Shown in pieces: positions 27,482-37,351 of a stretch of 64,000 nt of DNA. Numbering within the stretch: position 1 is the first letter of the stretch; every line of letters begins with the position of its first letter. The stretch is from an uncultured bacterium. Its GTDB lineage: Bacteria; Muiribacteriota; Ozemobacteria; Ozemobacterales; Ozemobacteraceae. A program made the position numbers and the translations under genes. The notes beneath the pieces are model-generated. The model was not told the DNA's origin. It saw only the letters and a program-made list of their open reading frames with translations, and did no database searches. The stretch is taken from NCBI GenBank assembly GCA_964483805.1, contig CAZADH010000003.1, positions 6,414 through 70,413 of the forward strand. The letters are read 5' to 3'.

Positions 27482-28948
27482 ATGCAAGCACTTCGCTGGC
27501 TGACTCTCGTGGTTCTGCTGTGCACCATGGCCGCAGTCGGTTGCGGCGGCGGTGGCGGGGGATCATCGTCAACCAACACCACCGGAACGCCAATCACGGC
27601 AACAACCACGCTGACCGGTGCGCTCGAACTGCCGGCCACCCTGAACCATCAGTTGCTGGCCAGCATCGATCTGGCGTCGAGCACCGACAGCGTCGTCCGC
27701 AACAAGTTCCTCACCACCGGCACGCGCCAGGCCTTCATCAACAACACCGGAGTGGCTTACCCCGTGACCGTCGATCCGGCCACGCTCAGTTTCCGCATCG
27801 ACGGGGTTCCCGAGGCCGGCACCTACAATCTCGACATCAGGGTCGGCAAACTGCGGTGGTTGGCGCAGGTGAGCGGCTCGACCGGCATCGTTCTCAACAG
27901 TCGCTCGACGGCGGCGGCACTGCTGGCGGCGACGCCTGCCCTGTCGCAGGCCCAGCGCACGGCGGCGGTCCTGCTCGCATCGTATCCGGCCCAGATCACC
28001 GGGCTGGCCCAGTATCTCGACACACTGTTCGTCGTCGACCCTGTAAATACACCCAATGACATTCTCGGTACGCAGACCCTGACGACGACCGTCACCAACC
28101 TCGCTGCCCTGATTGCCTCGAATCCGATCGCCGTGCCGGGGGCACAACTCGCCTATCTCAATCTGGGCAACAATGACCTCAACGGCGACGGGCGCGCCGA
28201 TTTTCGGGTCGAGCGCGGCAACAGCGGCATCAGCTATCACGTCGAGCCGCTGCTCGACTCGCGCATGGTTCAGGCCACGGGCTCGGTCGGCAATCTCAGT
28301 TTCGTTTCCGACGCTGATCTGGTCCGGTTCACGCCGACGCAGGGGCTGTATTCCTGGATTTTGAGCACCGACATCAACATCGGTCTGTGGGCACGCCTGA
28401 CCTACGGCCGCACTGCCGACACGTTCATCCGGGTGTGGGTGAAGCGGATCGATTCGCTCGACGGGGTATTCTACGGCATGCCCATCGAGTATCAACTGGT
28501 CAACGGCACCGGCACGGCCATTGCCACCGGCACCAAGGTGTTTCGCAAGTTCGGCTTGACCCCGGGGCTCAACGAGGTCGAGGCCAGCGACTTCATCAAC
28601 GACGGCACCGCCAGCAGCCCGCAGATGCTGATCTACGGAGCCAACGGTCTGGGTTCGCCGTATCAGCAAACGGCCCTGGTGCGCTTCCGCGAGGCTGTCA
28701 ATACATTATCAATCTCGCGCGCGACCACCTATTCGACCGGCTCGGCCGACGGCTACCACCTGAACACGAGCGCTGCGCTCAGCGCGGTCAATCCGTCGTA
28801 TTCGCTGCAGGTCGGCCAGGTATTCGATGCGTATTTCCCGGCGCTGGGCAACTATGCCCTGTTTCAGATCAAAGAGATCGACGCGACCCGCTTCACGATC
28901 ACCGTCGATTACAAGATCAACCGCGCCTACAACGACCCGAGTTTCTGA
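27482..28948 (+). CDS. Hypothetical lipoprotein
   Basis: 488 aa; lipobox (AAVGCGGGGGGSSS); no recognisable domain. Confidence 0.6.
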   Translation: MQALRWLTLVVLLCTMAAVGCGGGGGGSSSTNTTGTPITATTTLTGALELPATLNHQLLASIDLASSTDSVVRNKFLTTGTRQAFINNTGVAYPVTVDPATLSFRIDGVPEAGTYNLDIRVGKLRWLAQVSGSTGIVLNSRSTAAALLAATPALSQAQRTAAVLLASYPAQITGLAQYLDTLFVVDPVNTPNDILGTQTLTTTVTNLAALIASNPIAVPGAQLAYLNLGNNDLNGDGRADFRVERGNSGISYHVEPLLDSRMVQATGSVGNLSFVSDADLVRFTPTQGLYSWILSTDINIGLWARLTYGRTADTFIRVWVKRIDSLDGVFYGMPIEYQLVNGTGTAIATGTKVFRKFGLTPGLNEVEASDFINDGTASSPQMLIYGANGLGSPYQQTALVRFREAVNTLSISRATTYSTGSADGYHLNTSAALSAVNPSYSLQVGQVFDAYFPALGNYALFQIKEIDATRFTITVDYKINRAYNDPSF

Positions 28949-28963
28949 GCAGGAGGAAGGCCA

Positions 28964-29449
28964 ATGACCACGACCGTTCGCGGCACCATCCAGAAGGGGC
29001 AGGGCAAGGCGCAAGACACATTGGCCGAGCAGTTGCCGCTGTTTGCCGACTGTTTTCCCGAGGTTAACGTGTGCCATCCCGGCACCCTCAACATTCTGCT
29101 CGAAAAACCGGTGGTGGTGCTGGTGCCCGACTACACGAGTCCGCCGATCCCGTGGCACCCCGGGTTCAAGCTGGTCAAGAGCGGCGAGGTGTTTCAGTTC
29201 GTGCGCATCCGCTTGAAGATCGATGACCCCGGGTGTCCTGGGGCAGTGCCGGCCTGGATCTACCTCGCGCAGTTCTCGCCCTACCGCCAGAACCCCTTCT
29301 ACGCCGAGGTCATCGCCCCGAAACTGGCGTTCACCGGCACCCCTGCCTGCGAACTGATCATCCAGTCACCTTGCCAGGAAGGTTTGGTGGTGATGGCCGC
29401 CGGCGAGCCTGGCCCGGTGGGATCGAGCAATCGCGACATTTTGCGGTGA
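28964..29449 (+). CDS. DUF120 / archaeal-type CTP-dependent riboflavin kinase-like protein
   Basis: GTIQKGQGKA...PGTLNILLE and ...AEVIAP segments align with the GKVVSGLGEG...EGTLNLKLD / ...IIEIIAP motifs of archaeal RibK. Confidence 0.5.
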   Translation: MTTTVRGTIQKGQGKAQDTLAEQLPLFADCFPEVNVCHPGTLNILLEKPVVVLVPDYTSPPIPWHPGFKLVKSGEVFQFVRIRLKIDDPGCPGAVPAWIYLAQFSPYRQNPFYAEVIAPKLAFTGTPACELIIQSPCQEGLVVMAAGEPGPVGSSNRDILR

Positions 29450-30213
29450 CCGCAGCCTTGTCACGCAATACACGAGCAATATCGTCTTCGCCGCAAGTCA
29501 GTGACGGTGGCCGGGCCCGGCGCTATCAGAAAGACGGTGGGCGCCGCAATGCTCACGAAGACCCCGAAGGCGCGCCAACGCAGCGCAAGATCCTGATCAC
29601 CGGGTTCGAACCGTTCGGCGGTCATCCCGAGAACCCGAGCGGCATGATCGCGTCGCAGCTCGACGGTGAAATGCATTACGGGGCGAAGGTCGTCGGCGGA
29701 ACGCTGCCCGTCGTCTACCGCGCCATCGATGCTCAGTTGCCCGGTTTGATCGACGAGACGCAACCCGCGGCGATCCTCATGCTCGGGCTGGCGTCCACGA
29801 GTGAAACGATGCGTTTCGAGCGACTCGCCCTCAACCTCGATGATGCCCCGGCTCCCGACAACGACGGGGACACGCGCATCGACCGGGTCATCGATCCGAC
29901 AGGACCGGCCGCCTACTGGTCAACCCTGCCGCTCGACGAGATGGCCGCCGCCCTCGAATTGCATGCGGTGCCGGTTTCATTCAGTCGCGATGCCGGTGGC
30001 TACCTGTGCAATCACGTCTTCTTTCGGGCCCGGCACTGCATCGAGCAGCGTCGCGCGTCGGTGCCGACCGGGTTCGTTCACCTGCCCTGGCCGGCTGACT
30101 GGCCCTCATCCACCCGCGTGAACCACCGTCTCGAGTTTGCCACCCTGCACGAAGCCGTGCGTCGCATCGTGGCCATCATTGCCAAGTCTGTTAACGTCAG
30201 TGCGCCGGCCTGA
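29446..30213 (+). CDS. pcp: Pyrrolidone-carboxylate peptidase (pyroglutamyl peptidase I, family C15)
   Basis: KILITGFEPFGG...NPS and downstream Pcp motifs. No in-frame ATG near the conserved N-terminus, so the start is uncertain (GTG 29446 or TTG 29458; the ORF track frame opens at 29233). Confidence 0.65.
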   Translation: MTAALSRNTRAISSSPQVSDGGRARRYQKDGGRRNAHEDPEGAPTQRKILITGFEPFGGHPENPSGMIASQLDGEMHYGAKVVGGTLPVVYRAIDAQLPGLIDETQPAAILMLGLASTSETMRFERLALNLDDAPAPDNDGDTRIDRVIDPTGPAAYWSTLPLDEMAAALELHAVPVSFSRDAGGYLCNHVFFRARHCIEQRRASVPTGFVHLPWPADWPSSTRVNHRLEFATLHEAVRRIVAIIAKSVNVSAPA

Positions 30214-30250
30214 TCGACCGACGCACTGAGTTTCTGAAGCCGACGGGGAA

Positions 30251-31705
30251 CTATTTGCCGAGGTGTTTTGGCCGCACGATATAGCGGTCGGGATCACGGA
30301 GCACATTCGTCGCGCAATGCACGTCGCCCCAGAGCTTGTGATAAGGCGTGTCGTCGATGAAATGCGGGGTCAGGCCAAACCGGGCCACCGACGCGCGAAT
30401 CGAGTCGCGGAAGAGCTTCATCTTCGGGTCGGCGATCACCAGGTGCTTGCGCAGGATCAACTGATTGATGACGCCCGGCAGGTAACCGAGGTAACGGTTG
30501 TTCTTCTTGCCATACAGCATCGGAAACGAAATGATCGAGTGCGCCCGTGAACCGAGGCGGTGCACCTGGTTGATGCGGTCGCACAGCTTATCGACGTTTT
30601 GGTCGATGACACCGGCCAGGGCCAGGTTCTGACGGATGAACAGATCGGCGGTCGTTTTCGAGAACTTCTCGGGGGTGTTCATCGCCCCCGCGAAGGTTAT
30701 CCGGGGAAACCGCTGCCCGCCAGCGTAACCCGAATACGGCTCGTATGCACGAAGTAAAGACACCCACCGTTTTGCGCTCTCGTGATCAGAGTGCAGATAG
30801 TCGTATAGAAACAGCATCTGCTCGCGATATTCTTTCAGTTGAATGTTCTCGATCTCTTCGCGATCGGCATCGAGGACGAGTTTCAGTGCCAACGCAGGAT
30901 CGCCTTTGACCAGCGTGAAACCTTCGCCGGTCTTGTCGTTCGGCACGATCGACAGATACTCATCGCAATGCCCGACGGTCAGCCAGTCGGCCTCGACCTC
31001 AATCATGCGGTCGCGGTAGCCGCACTTCGCAAACAGCTCGCGAAATTCAGGGGTAATCGTATTGCCAACCACGAGCACATCGCACGGCGTCACTTCGATG
31101 TTGCCGCCCATGTCACCACCGCGGGGTTGTTGGCTCGGATTCTTCAGATAGCAGGCGTTCCAGCTCTTGGTCAGGGCCGGCCCCACCAGGCCACCTTCAT
31201 AGAACATCATCGAGGCTGCCGACCGATTGGCATCGAGAATGAGCAAACGCGGCTTCTCCTCACCGCGCAGCTTGACCGTGCCGATTTCGCCCCAGTCCTG
31301 CATCCAAACATCGCTGTCGATCTTGAGCGGTGCCTGTTCGACAAATCGCTTCATCGTGTCTTTGCCCAGTTCCTTTTCGAGCACATCAAAGGTCTCCTGA
31401 AAGGCACCGAACACCATGACCTTGAAGCTGTCGGCCCCACGCAGGCCATCGAGTTCGTGGATCTTGGCAACAATGCGCACGAGATTGGCCACGAATTTCA
31501 CCGTCTGCGATTGCCAACTGGCAACGACCAGTACCTTGATCGGCAGGTTGTTCGGGCTGAGCAGACGAATGCTCTCGATGTCGGCCAGCTTGATCTCGGG
31601 GACCGACGCATCGGTCTTCGGAGACACGGCAAAGACGGGGGCGATAAACGTTACGGCCAGCAGGGCCAGGGCCACAACAAGGGTTCGGGTGCTCGATCGG
31701 ACCAT
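30251..31705 (-). CDS. Secreted protein-arginine deiminase (PAD)-like enzyme, vertebrate-type PAD catalytic domain
   Basis: Signal peptide (MVRSSTRTLVVALALLAVTFIAPVFA); VGHCDEYLSIVP and WGDVHCATNVLRDP closely match the PAD catalytic His and Cys segments (FGHVDEFLSFVP / GEVHCGTNVRRKP); strong GAGGAGGG RBS. Confidence 0.65.
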   Translation of the reverse strand: MVRSSTRTLVVALALLAVTFIAPVFAVSPKTDASVPEIKLADIESIRLLSPNNLPIKVLVVASWQSQTVKFVANLVRIVAKIHELDGLRGADSFKVMVFGAFQETFDVLEKELGKDTMKRFVEQAPLKIDSDVWMQDWGEIGTVKLRGEEKPRLLILDANRSAASMMFYEGGLVGPALTKSWNACYLKNPSQQPRGGDMGGNIEVTPCDVLVVGNTITPEFRELFAKCGYRDRMIEVEADWLTVGHCDEYLSIVPNDKTGEGFTLVKGDPALALKLVLDADREEIENIQLKEYREQMLFLYDYLHSDHESAKRWVSLLRAYEPYSGYAGGQRFPRITFAGAMNTPEKFSKTTADLFIRQNLALAGVIDQNVDKLCDRINQVHRLGSRAHSIISFPMLYGKKNNRYLGYLPGVINQLILRKHLVIADPKMKLFRDSIRASVARFGLTPHFIDDTPYHKLWGDVHCATNVLRDPDRYIVRPKHLGK

Positions 31706-31817
31706 GATGACGCCCTCCTCAATACGATGTACGGCGCGCAGAGTTGGTTTGATCATGATACCAGCGACCCGACAGCAAACACCAGGGCAATGCCAGGCCC
31801 GCCACTCAACCGGAAAT

Positions 31818-33299
31818 CTACGCTTTGTAGGCGCTCAGGGACTTCTTGATCGCCTGCAACAGGGGGTTCGCGTTGAACACATAGCGACAACATGCGTCGA
31901 CCCGCGGGTCGAGACCGATCACGTTTTTGGCGATCTGCGCCAGCACCCGGCGTTTCGGCCAGCGATCATGGAACACGCGCCACGGCAATATCATGTATTC
32001 ACGTTGGATCTGCCGGCGCGAGAATCCAGGGAGACGCAGGTGTGAAGATTTGCGCTCGACCGAACCACTGGTCGGGTCGTCGGCCAACAAACCGTGATCG
32101 AGCGCATACTGATGCAGATCGGTGCCAGGGTAGGGGTGAAAGATCGAACTGAGGCAGAATTGCGGCCGGCAGGCACGAATCACCGACACGGTCTCATACC
32201 AGTCCGCCAGCGTTTCGGAGGGAACGCCAATCAACACGAACAGGTTCAGATCGATGCCGCGACCTCGCAGCTTCTCACAATACGCAATGATCTCGGCATT
32301 CGTGTAGCGCGGGCGCCGCAGGATCTCGTTGCGGATCCGCTCAGAACCGCTCTCGAGGCCAATATTCATGAACGTGAAGTTGGCACGTTGGAACGCATCG
32401 AGCAGTTTCTCGTTGTCGATCAGGTGTTTGCCGACGGCCAGATTGGAGCCGAAACGCATGGGAGTTGCGCGCGACGCATTGAAGGCGGCGAGTTCATCAC
32501 AGAACTTGATCGCCCAATCGACGTTCACACCCAGCGTCTCGACCTCGAAGTAGACCACGTCGGCTTGTGGGAACCGCTCGGCGACCGACCGCAATTCGTC
32601 GAGGATGTGCGGAATCGGACGCAGACGCACGTAGCGCCCGGTTGTCAGCTTGGCCATTGCGTGGTTCGAGCAGTAGGTGCACCGATTGGGGCAGCCGCGT
32701 CCGAGCAGGATCGACGGCATGTGATTGGTGTGCGCCACATGGGGAATCCAGAGTTCACGATTGATGGCGGGAATCGTCGCGAGGTCCTCGATGAAGGGGG
32801 CGGGCCGGTTGCGCTCGATGCCATCGGCGGCCGCGGTAGAGCGGATCCAGAGGTTGGCGATGCCGGTTGGATGGGCTTGACCATCTGCCAGCGCAGCGGC
32901 CAGGGCAGTGACGGCGCGTTCCCCTTCACCGACACAGATTGCATCGAACTCGCGATGCGCCATCGTGGCCTCAGGATTGAGCGAAGCATGGTGACCACCG
33001 AGAATGACGAACACCGACGGATCGGTCTTCTTGACGGCCTTCGCCACCGCGAGCATCGTCGGAAACTGCGTCGAGACGGCGCTCAAGCACACCAGGCGCG
33101 GCTGCAGGCGCGCCATGAATTCGCGCACGTGCTCCTCGACCGGTGTAATCGGTGCGAACACCACGGTCTCGACGCGGTGGCCGGCCTTCTCGAGAACGGT
33201 GGCAATCGACGCGATGCCCATCGAGATGCAGGCCTGATTCACAAGCGGCTTTTCGCGCGAGACGTAGTCGACGACGGAGTAGATGCACGCGATGTTCAT
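31818..33299 (-). CDS. B12-binding domain radical SAM protein
   Basis: N-terminal cobalamin-binding Rossmann domain (...VFVILGGHHAS...) then a GCPNRCTYCS CxxxCxxC radical SAM cluster motif. Confidence 0.8.
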   Translation of the reverse strand: MNIACIYSVVDYVSREKPLVNQACISMGIASIATVLEKAGHRVETVVFAPITPVEEHVREFMARLQPRLVCLSAVSTQFPTMLAVAKAVKKTDPSVFVILGGHHASLNPEATMAHREFDAICVGEGERAVTALAAALADGQAHPTGIANLWIRSTAAADGIERNRPAPFIEDLATIPAINRELWIPHVAHTNHMPSILLGRGCPNRCTYCSNHAMAKLTTGRYVRLRPIPHILDELRSVAERFPQADVVYFEVETLGVNVDWAIKFCDELAAFNASRATPMRFGSNLAVGKHLIDNEKLLDAFQRANFTFMNIGLESGSERIRNEILRRPRYTNAEIIAYCEKLRGRGIDLNLFVLIGVPSETLADWYETVSVIRACRPQFCLSSIFHPYPGTDLHQYALDHGLLADDPTSGSVERKSSHLRLPGFSRRQIQREYMILPWRVFHDRWPKRRVLAQIAKNVIGLDPRVDACCRYVFNANPLLQAIKKSLSAYKA

Positions 33300-33440
33300 G
33301 GTGGGGGGTCTTCCTTGCCACGCTGGTCGAAGTGATGACGACCGATCGATGTCGTTGTCTGGGGTCAACGGGAATTTACTACGGATTCGGTTGGTGGTCT
33401 ATTGTATGATCGACATGAGTCCACACCGTTGGAGGTTCGC

Positions 33441-34301
33441 ATGAGTCGGGTCGTTTGCACCGCCCAAAACTGCGTTTCGGGCCGCCGTCCATGGCGGCAA
33501 ACGCTCACTACGCGCATCGTGCGCGGTCGAGCGAAGCGTCAGATTGCCCACACCCCAACCCACAATGGGCGCAGTGCCACGGGGCCAGATGCGACCGAGT
33601 TGCTGGCCATGCTCGCACGCGCGGCAAACCTGGCTGATCGCTCGTCCGAGAGTGACGCCTACCTGGGCACTCACCGCCGTCGACTGGGCTTGTCGGTGCC
33701 GGTGAAGCGCTCGCTGGTGAAATCGTGGTGTCGGGCCCATCGCGACCTCTCTGCCGATGGTCTGGTCGATGTTCTCGACTCACTGTTCGCGGGCGATCTC
33801 AATGAAGGCATCACCGCCTGCGGCAACCTGTTCGAGGCTTTCCCGGATCTGCGCCGACAGCTCGAACTGAGCCACCTGCATCGATGGCTCGGACAACTCG
33901 AAGGCTGGTGCGAGATCGACAGCACCTGCCAATCGACCTTCACCGCCGCCGATCTGCTCGAACGCTGGTCGGAGTGGCAACCGTTCCTGGCCGGTCTGGC
34001 GGCCGACACCAGCGCGAGTCGACGGCGTGCATCTCTTGTATTGCTCACCCGGCCGGTGCGCGAGTCTGACGACGCACGGCTGTTGCAACAGAGTCTCGCC
34101 AACCTGCGCACCGTCATGGCCGACCGCGACCCGTTGATCACGAAGGCAGTGAGCTGGCTCTTGCGAACGCTGATCGGCCGGCACCGACAGGCGGTCGAGA
34201 AGTTTCTCGACAAACATGAGAACGACTTACCGCGTATTGCGGTGCGCGAGACGCAGACAAAGTTGCAGACGGGACGAAAAACACCGAAGAAAACGTGCTG
34301 A
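33441..34301 (+). CDS. DNA alkylation repair protein-like (AlkD-type HEAT-like repeat) protein
   Basis: Helical repeat protein with ...ITKAVSWLLRTLIGRH... resembling the AlkD/AlkC family; moderate confidence. Confidence 0.45.
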   Translation: MSRVVCTAQNCVSGRRPWRQTLTTRIVRGRAKRQIAHTPTHNGRSATGPDATELLAMLARAANLADRSSESDAYLGTHRRRLGLSVPVKRSLVKSWCRAHRDLSADGLVDVLDSLFAGDLNEGITACGNLFEAFPDLRRQLELSHLHRWLGQLEGWCEIDSTCQSTFTAADLLERWSEWQPFLAGLAADTSASRRRASLVLLTRPVRESDDARLLQQSLANLRTVMADRDPLITKAVSWLLRTLIGRHRQAVEKFLDKHENDLPRIAVRETQTKLQTGRKTPKKTC

Positions 34302-34633
34302 GCCTGCAATGGCGCCCCGGTCGGACACGTTCGCCTGCGGTCAGGTGATGCTCGACGCGGTCGTCGACAGTTTCTGCGTGATCCCGATGAACAGGGGGTG
34401 GCGATCGGGGTCGGTCTCGCGATATACAACCACGGCCAGAATGATGCCCACGACCACGAGCACCAGGATCCGCAGGTTTTGGTGGTCGTTGCCGGCCGGT
34501 CGGTTACCGCCGCCCGCGCCTGAATCGGTCATCGACATTCTCCTTGCACCTGGGCACAACAAGTGCGGGCACCGTCGGCCTTACGACCCACGATGCCCGC
34601 ACTAACTTACAACGTATTGCTACGTCGGTACAC

Positions 34634-36061
34634 TCAGTAGCGGTAATTCTCGGGCTTGTAGGGGCCCTCGACCGGGATACCGATGTATTTGGCCTGCTCC
34701 TTGGTGAGCTTGGTCAGCTTGACGCCGATCTTCTCGAGGTGCAGACGGGCCACTTCTTCGTCGAGTTTCTTCGACAGGGTGGTGACGCCGATCTTGTGTT
34801 TGTTCGTCCAGAGGTCGAGCTGGGCGAGCGTCTGATTGGTGAACGAGGTGCTCATCACAAAGCTGGGGTGACCGTTGGCGCAACCCAGGTTGACGAGGCG
34901 GCCTTCGGCCAGCAAGTAGATGCTCGGACCACCCTTGGGGAAGGTGTAACGGTCGACCTGGGGCTTGATCTCTTCGTGCTTGATGCCGGCCCACTTGGTC
35001 AGCGCCGACACCTGGATCTCGCTGTCGAAGTGACCGATATTGCACACGATCGCCTGGTCTTTCATCTTCGACATGTGCTGGGCGGTGATGATATCTACGT
35101 TGCCGGTGCAGGTAACGTAGATGTCGCCGACGCCGAGGGTCTCTTCGATGGTCTGGACCGGGAAACCGGCCATGGCCGCCTGCAGGGCGCAGATCGGGTC
35201 GATCTCGGTGACGATGACCTGGGCGCCGAAGCCGCGCATGCTCTGGGCGCAGCCCTTGCCGACATCGCCGTAGCCGCACACCACCACTTTCTTGCCGGCC
35301 ACCATGATGTCGGTGGCGCGTTTCAGGCCGTCGGCCAGGGACTCGCGGCAGCCGTAGAGGTTGTCGAACTTGGATTTGGTGACCGAGTCGTTGACGTTGA
35401 TGGCGGGGAAGAGCAGCTTGCCCTCGTCGCGCATCTGGTAGAGGCGATGCACGCCGGTGGTGGTCTCTTCGCTGACGCCCTTGATCTGGGGAACCATCTC
35501 ATGCCAGAGGTCGGGAGTCTGCTTGAGGGTCTCTTTGAGGCTGTTGAGCAGTTCCTGCTCGTCTTCGCTGCCGGCTTTGCGGTTGAGGAACTTGGCATCT
35601 TTTTCGGCCTGGTAGCCGAGGTGGATCATCATGGTCGCGTCGCCACCGTCGTCGACGATCAGGGTCGGGCCGGTGCCGTCGGGCCAGATCAAGGTCTCGC
35701 GCACGCACCACCAGTACTCGGCGAGGGTCTCGCCCTTCCAGGCGAAAACGGGGACACCGGCCTTGGCGATGGCGGCCGCGGCGTGGTCTTGCGTCGAGAA
35801 GATGTTGCAACTGCACCAACGCACGTCGGCGCCGAGCTCGACCAGCGTCTCGATCAGGACGGCGGTCTGGATGGTCATGTGCAGCGAACCGGCGACCTTG
35901 GCACCCTTGAGGGGCTTGATCTTGCCGTATTTCTCGCGCAGCGCCATCAAACCGGGCATCTCGTGCTCGGCGACGGTGATCTCTTTGCGGCCCCAAGCGG
36001 CCAACTCGATGTCTTTCACTTTGTAGGCGGGGCGTTGCGTGGTGGTCTTCTTGCTGTTCAT
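34634..36061 (-). CDS. ahcY: Adenosylhomocysteinase (S-adenosyl-L-homocysteine hydrolase)
   Basis: Full-length AhcY motifs ([19 protein letters not shown]-binding [23 protein letters not shown]); start at ATG 36061 (MNSKK...) gives ~475 aa. Confidence 0.9.
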   Translation of the reverse strand: MNSKKTTTQRPAYKVKDIELAAWGRKEITVAEHEMPGLMALREKYGKIKPLKGAKVAGSLHMTIQTAVLIETLVELGADVRWCSCNIFSTQDHAAAAIAKAGVPVFAWKGETLAEYWWCVRETLIWPDGTGPTLIVDDGGDATMMIHLGYQAEKDAKFLNRKAGSEDEQELLNSLKETLKQTPDLWHEMVPQIKGVSEETTTGVHRLYQMRDEGKLLFPAINVNDSVTKSKFDNLYGCRESLADGLKRATDIMVAGKKVVVCGYGDVGKGCAQSMRGFGAQVIVTEIDPICALQAAMAGFPVQTIEETLGVGDIYVTCTGNVDIITAQHMSKMKDQAIVCNIGHFDSEIQVSALTKWAGIKHEEIKPQVDRYTFPKGGPSIYLLAEGRLVNLGCANGHPSFVMSTSFTNQTLAQLDLWTNKHKIGVTTLSKKLDEEVARLHLEKIGVKLTKLTKEQAKYIGIPVEGPYKPENYRY

Positions 36062-37068
36062 GCGTTCTCGTTCCATTTGGGTACCCATGGGTCCTCCTGT
36101 TTGGATTTGGGACGGCCTGCGGCATGTTTGACCGTGGCCAGGAATACGGGAATTTTGGTCGCACCGGAGACAACCTGCCAGTCGTCGAGCGCGAGCCCGA
36201 CTTCGCGGCAGGACTGGGTCAGACCGGCGCGCGGAAAACCGCACACGCGGTCGTGGCATTTCTTGGCCAGGGCGCTGTCGTGGTGCTGATCGAAGTCGAG
36301 AATGATCATGCGACCCCCGCGCCGAAGCACGCGAGCGACTTCGGCCAGGACGGGCCGGACATCATCGAGGTGATGAAGAACCATCGAGGCGACGACCAGG
36401 TCGGCGCTGTGGTCGGGCAGGGGAAGGTGTTCGAGATCACCGAGTCGAAACTGGATATCGGCACGGCCGCCCTTGTCGGCTCTTTTGCGGGCGGCTTTGA
36501 TCATGGCCTCGGCCCGATCGATGCCGATGTAATGGCGCCCCTGGGGCAACCCACACAGCAGTCGGCCGTCTCCGGAGCCAAGATCGACAATCGTCTCAGC
36601 CTCGCCAAGCATACGTTGTATGACAGTTACCTCGTCGAGCTTGCCCAGGTAACGATCGCGGACCTGATACCAACGGGGGCCGATCTCTTCACGTTCGGTG
36701 GCGAGTCGGCGTTCGCGTTCTTCGAGGCAGGTGCGGGCCCGCCCGAGATCGTGGGGAAAGAATGCGGGATCGGGTGCCGAGGCGGCCAGGACATCGAGGA
36801 GGCCGGGGTGTTCGGGAGACGTGGCAACCGGGCCGGGAAGAAGCGAGTAGGCGACGCGCACGCCCTTGCGGGTAGGCGTAATGAAAGCACAGTCGGTGAG
36901 AACGCGCAGATGGCGGGAGGTTCTGGGTTGCGAGACCCGAAGGACCTGGGCCAGTTCGTTGACCTCGAAGGGTCCGAACAACTGCAACACTCGGATGATG
37001 CGCAGGCGGGTTTCGTCGCCGAGCGCTTTGCAGCCGGCAAGAAAGTGGCGGATGCTCAGGCGGTGCAT
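36058..37068 (-). CDS. ArsR-family HTH regulator fused to a class I SAM-dependent methyltransferase
   Basis: N-terminal ArsR/SmtB HTH ([13 protein letters not shown]...[22 protein letters not shown]); C-terminal MTase motifs ([11 protein letters not shown] ... RMIILDF); ATGA overlap with ahcY. Confidence 0.75.
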   Translation of the reverse strand: MHRLSIRHFLAGCKALGDETRLRIIRVLQLFGPFEVNELAQVLRVSQPRTSRHLRVLTDCAFITPTRKGVRVAYSLLPGPVATSPEHPGLLDVLAASAPDPAFFPHDLGRARTCLEERERRLATEREEIGPRWYQVRDRYLGKLDEVTVIQRMLGEAETIVDLGSGDGRLLCGLPQGRHYIGIDRAEAMIKAARKRADKGGRADIQFRLGDLEHLPLPDHSADLVVASMVLHHLDDVRPVLAEVARVLRRGGRMIILDFDQHHDSALAKKCHDRVCGFPRAGLTQSCREVGLALDDWQVVSGATKIPVFLATVKHAAGRPKSKQEDPWVPKWNENA

Positions 37069-37113
37069 GGGTTGGCGGCGGTGCGCGGCGCGGTCATCGA
37101 GATATCATTCATA

Positions 37114-37305
37114 AACATATGCAGATATACTTATAGACGAACAGAGACAACTCGTCAAGTCCTTTGTGTACTGGACCGACGGTTCAGACTCAACTGTCTC
37201 CGCGGAACCGCACCGAAAACCATGATAACAGGCGGACACACAGCACGGCACCCGGATGCCTGACCGAGATCAACGATGGTAATAATAAGTATATAAATAT
37301 ATCTG
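37114..37305. promoter_or_regulatory. AT-rich leader with a 13-bp inverted repeat pair (catatgcagatata at 37114-37130 / tatatctgcatat at 37290-37305): candidate ArsR operator/promoter
   Basis: Only strongly AT-rich stretch in the window; reverse-complementary 13-mers 160 bp apart, both upstream of the ArsR-MTase start. Confidence 0.4.
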
Positions 37306-37351
37306 CATATACATATATATTTATCGGCACCCACCTTCGCGGTCGCTGCGC

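Noticed and set aside
29233-29445. Long N-terminal extension of pcp starting at 29233
   Set aside because: It overlaps the preceding DUF120 gene in another frame and adds ~110 residues not found in Pcp enzymes; a shorter GTG or TTG start near 29446-29460 is more plausible but unresolved
34544-36289. 581-aa plus-strand ORF antisense to ahcY (and 36124..37263 antisense to the ArsR-MTase)
   Set aside because: ahcY and the MTase are unambiguous on the minus strand; the antisense translations are G/D/A/V-rich shadows
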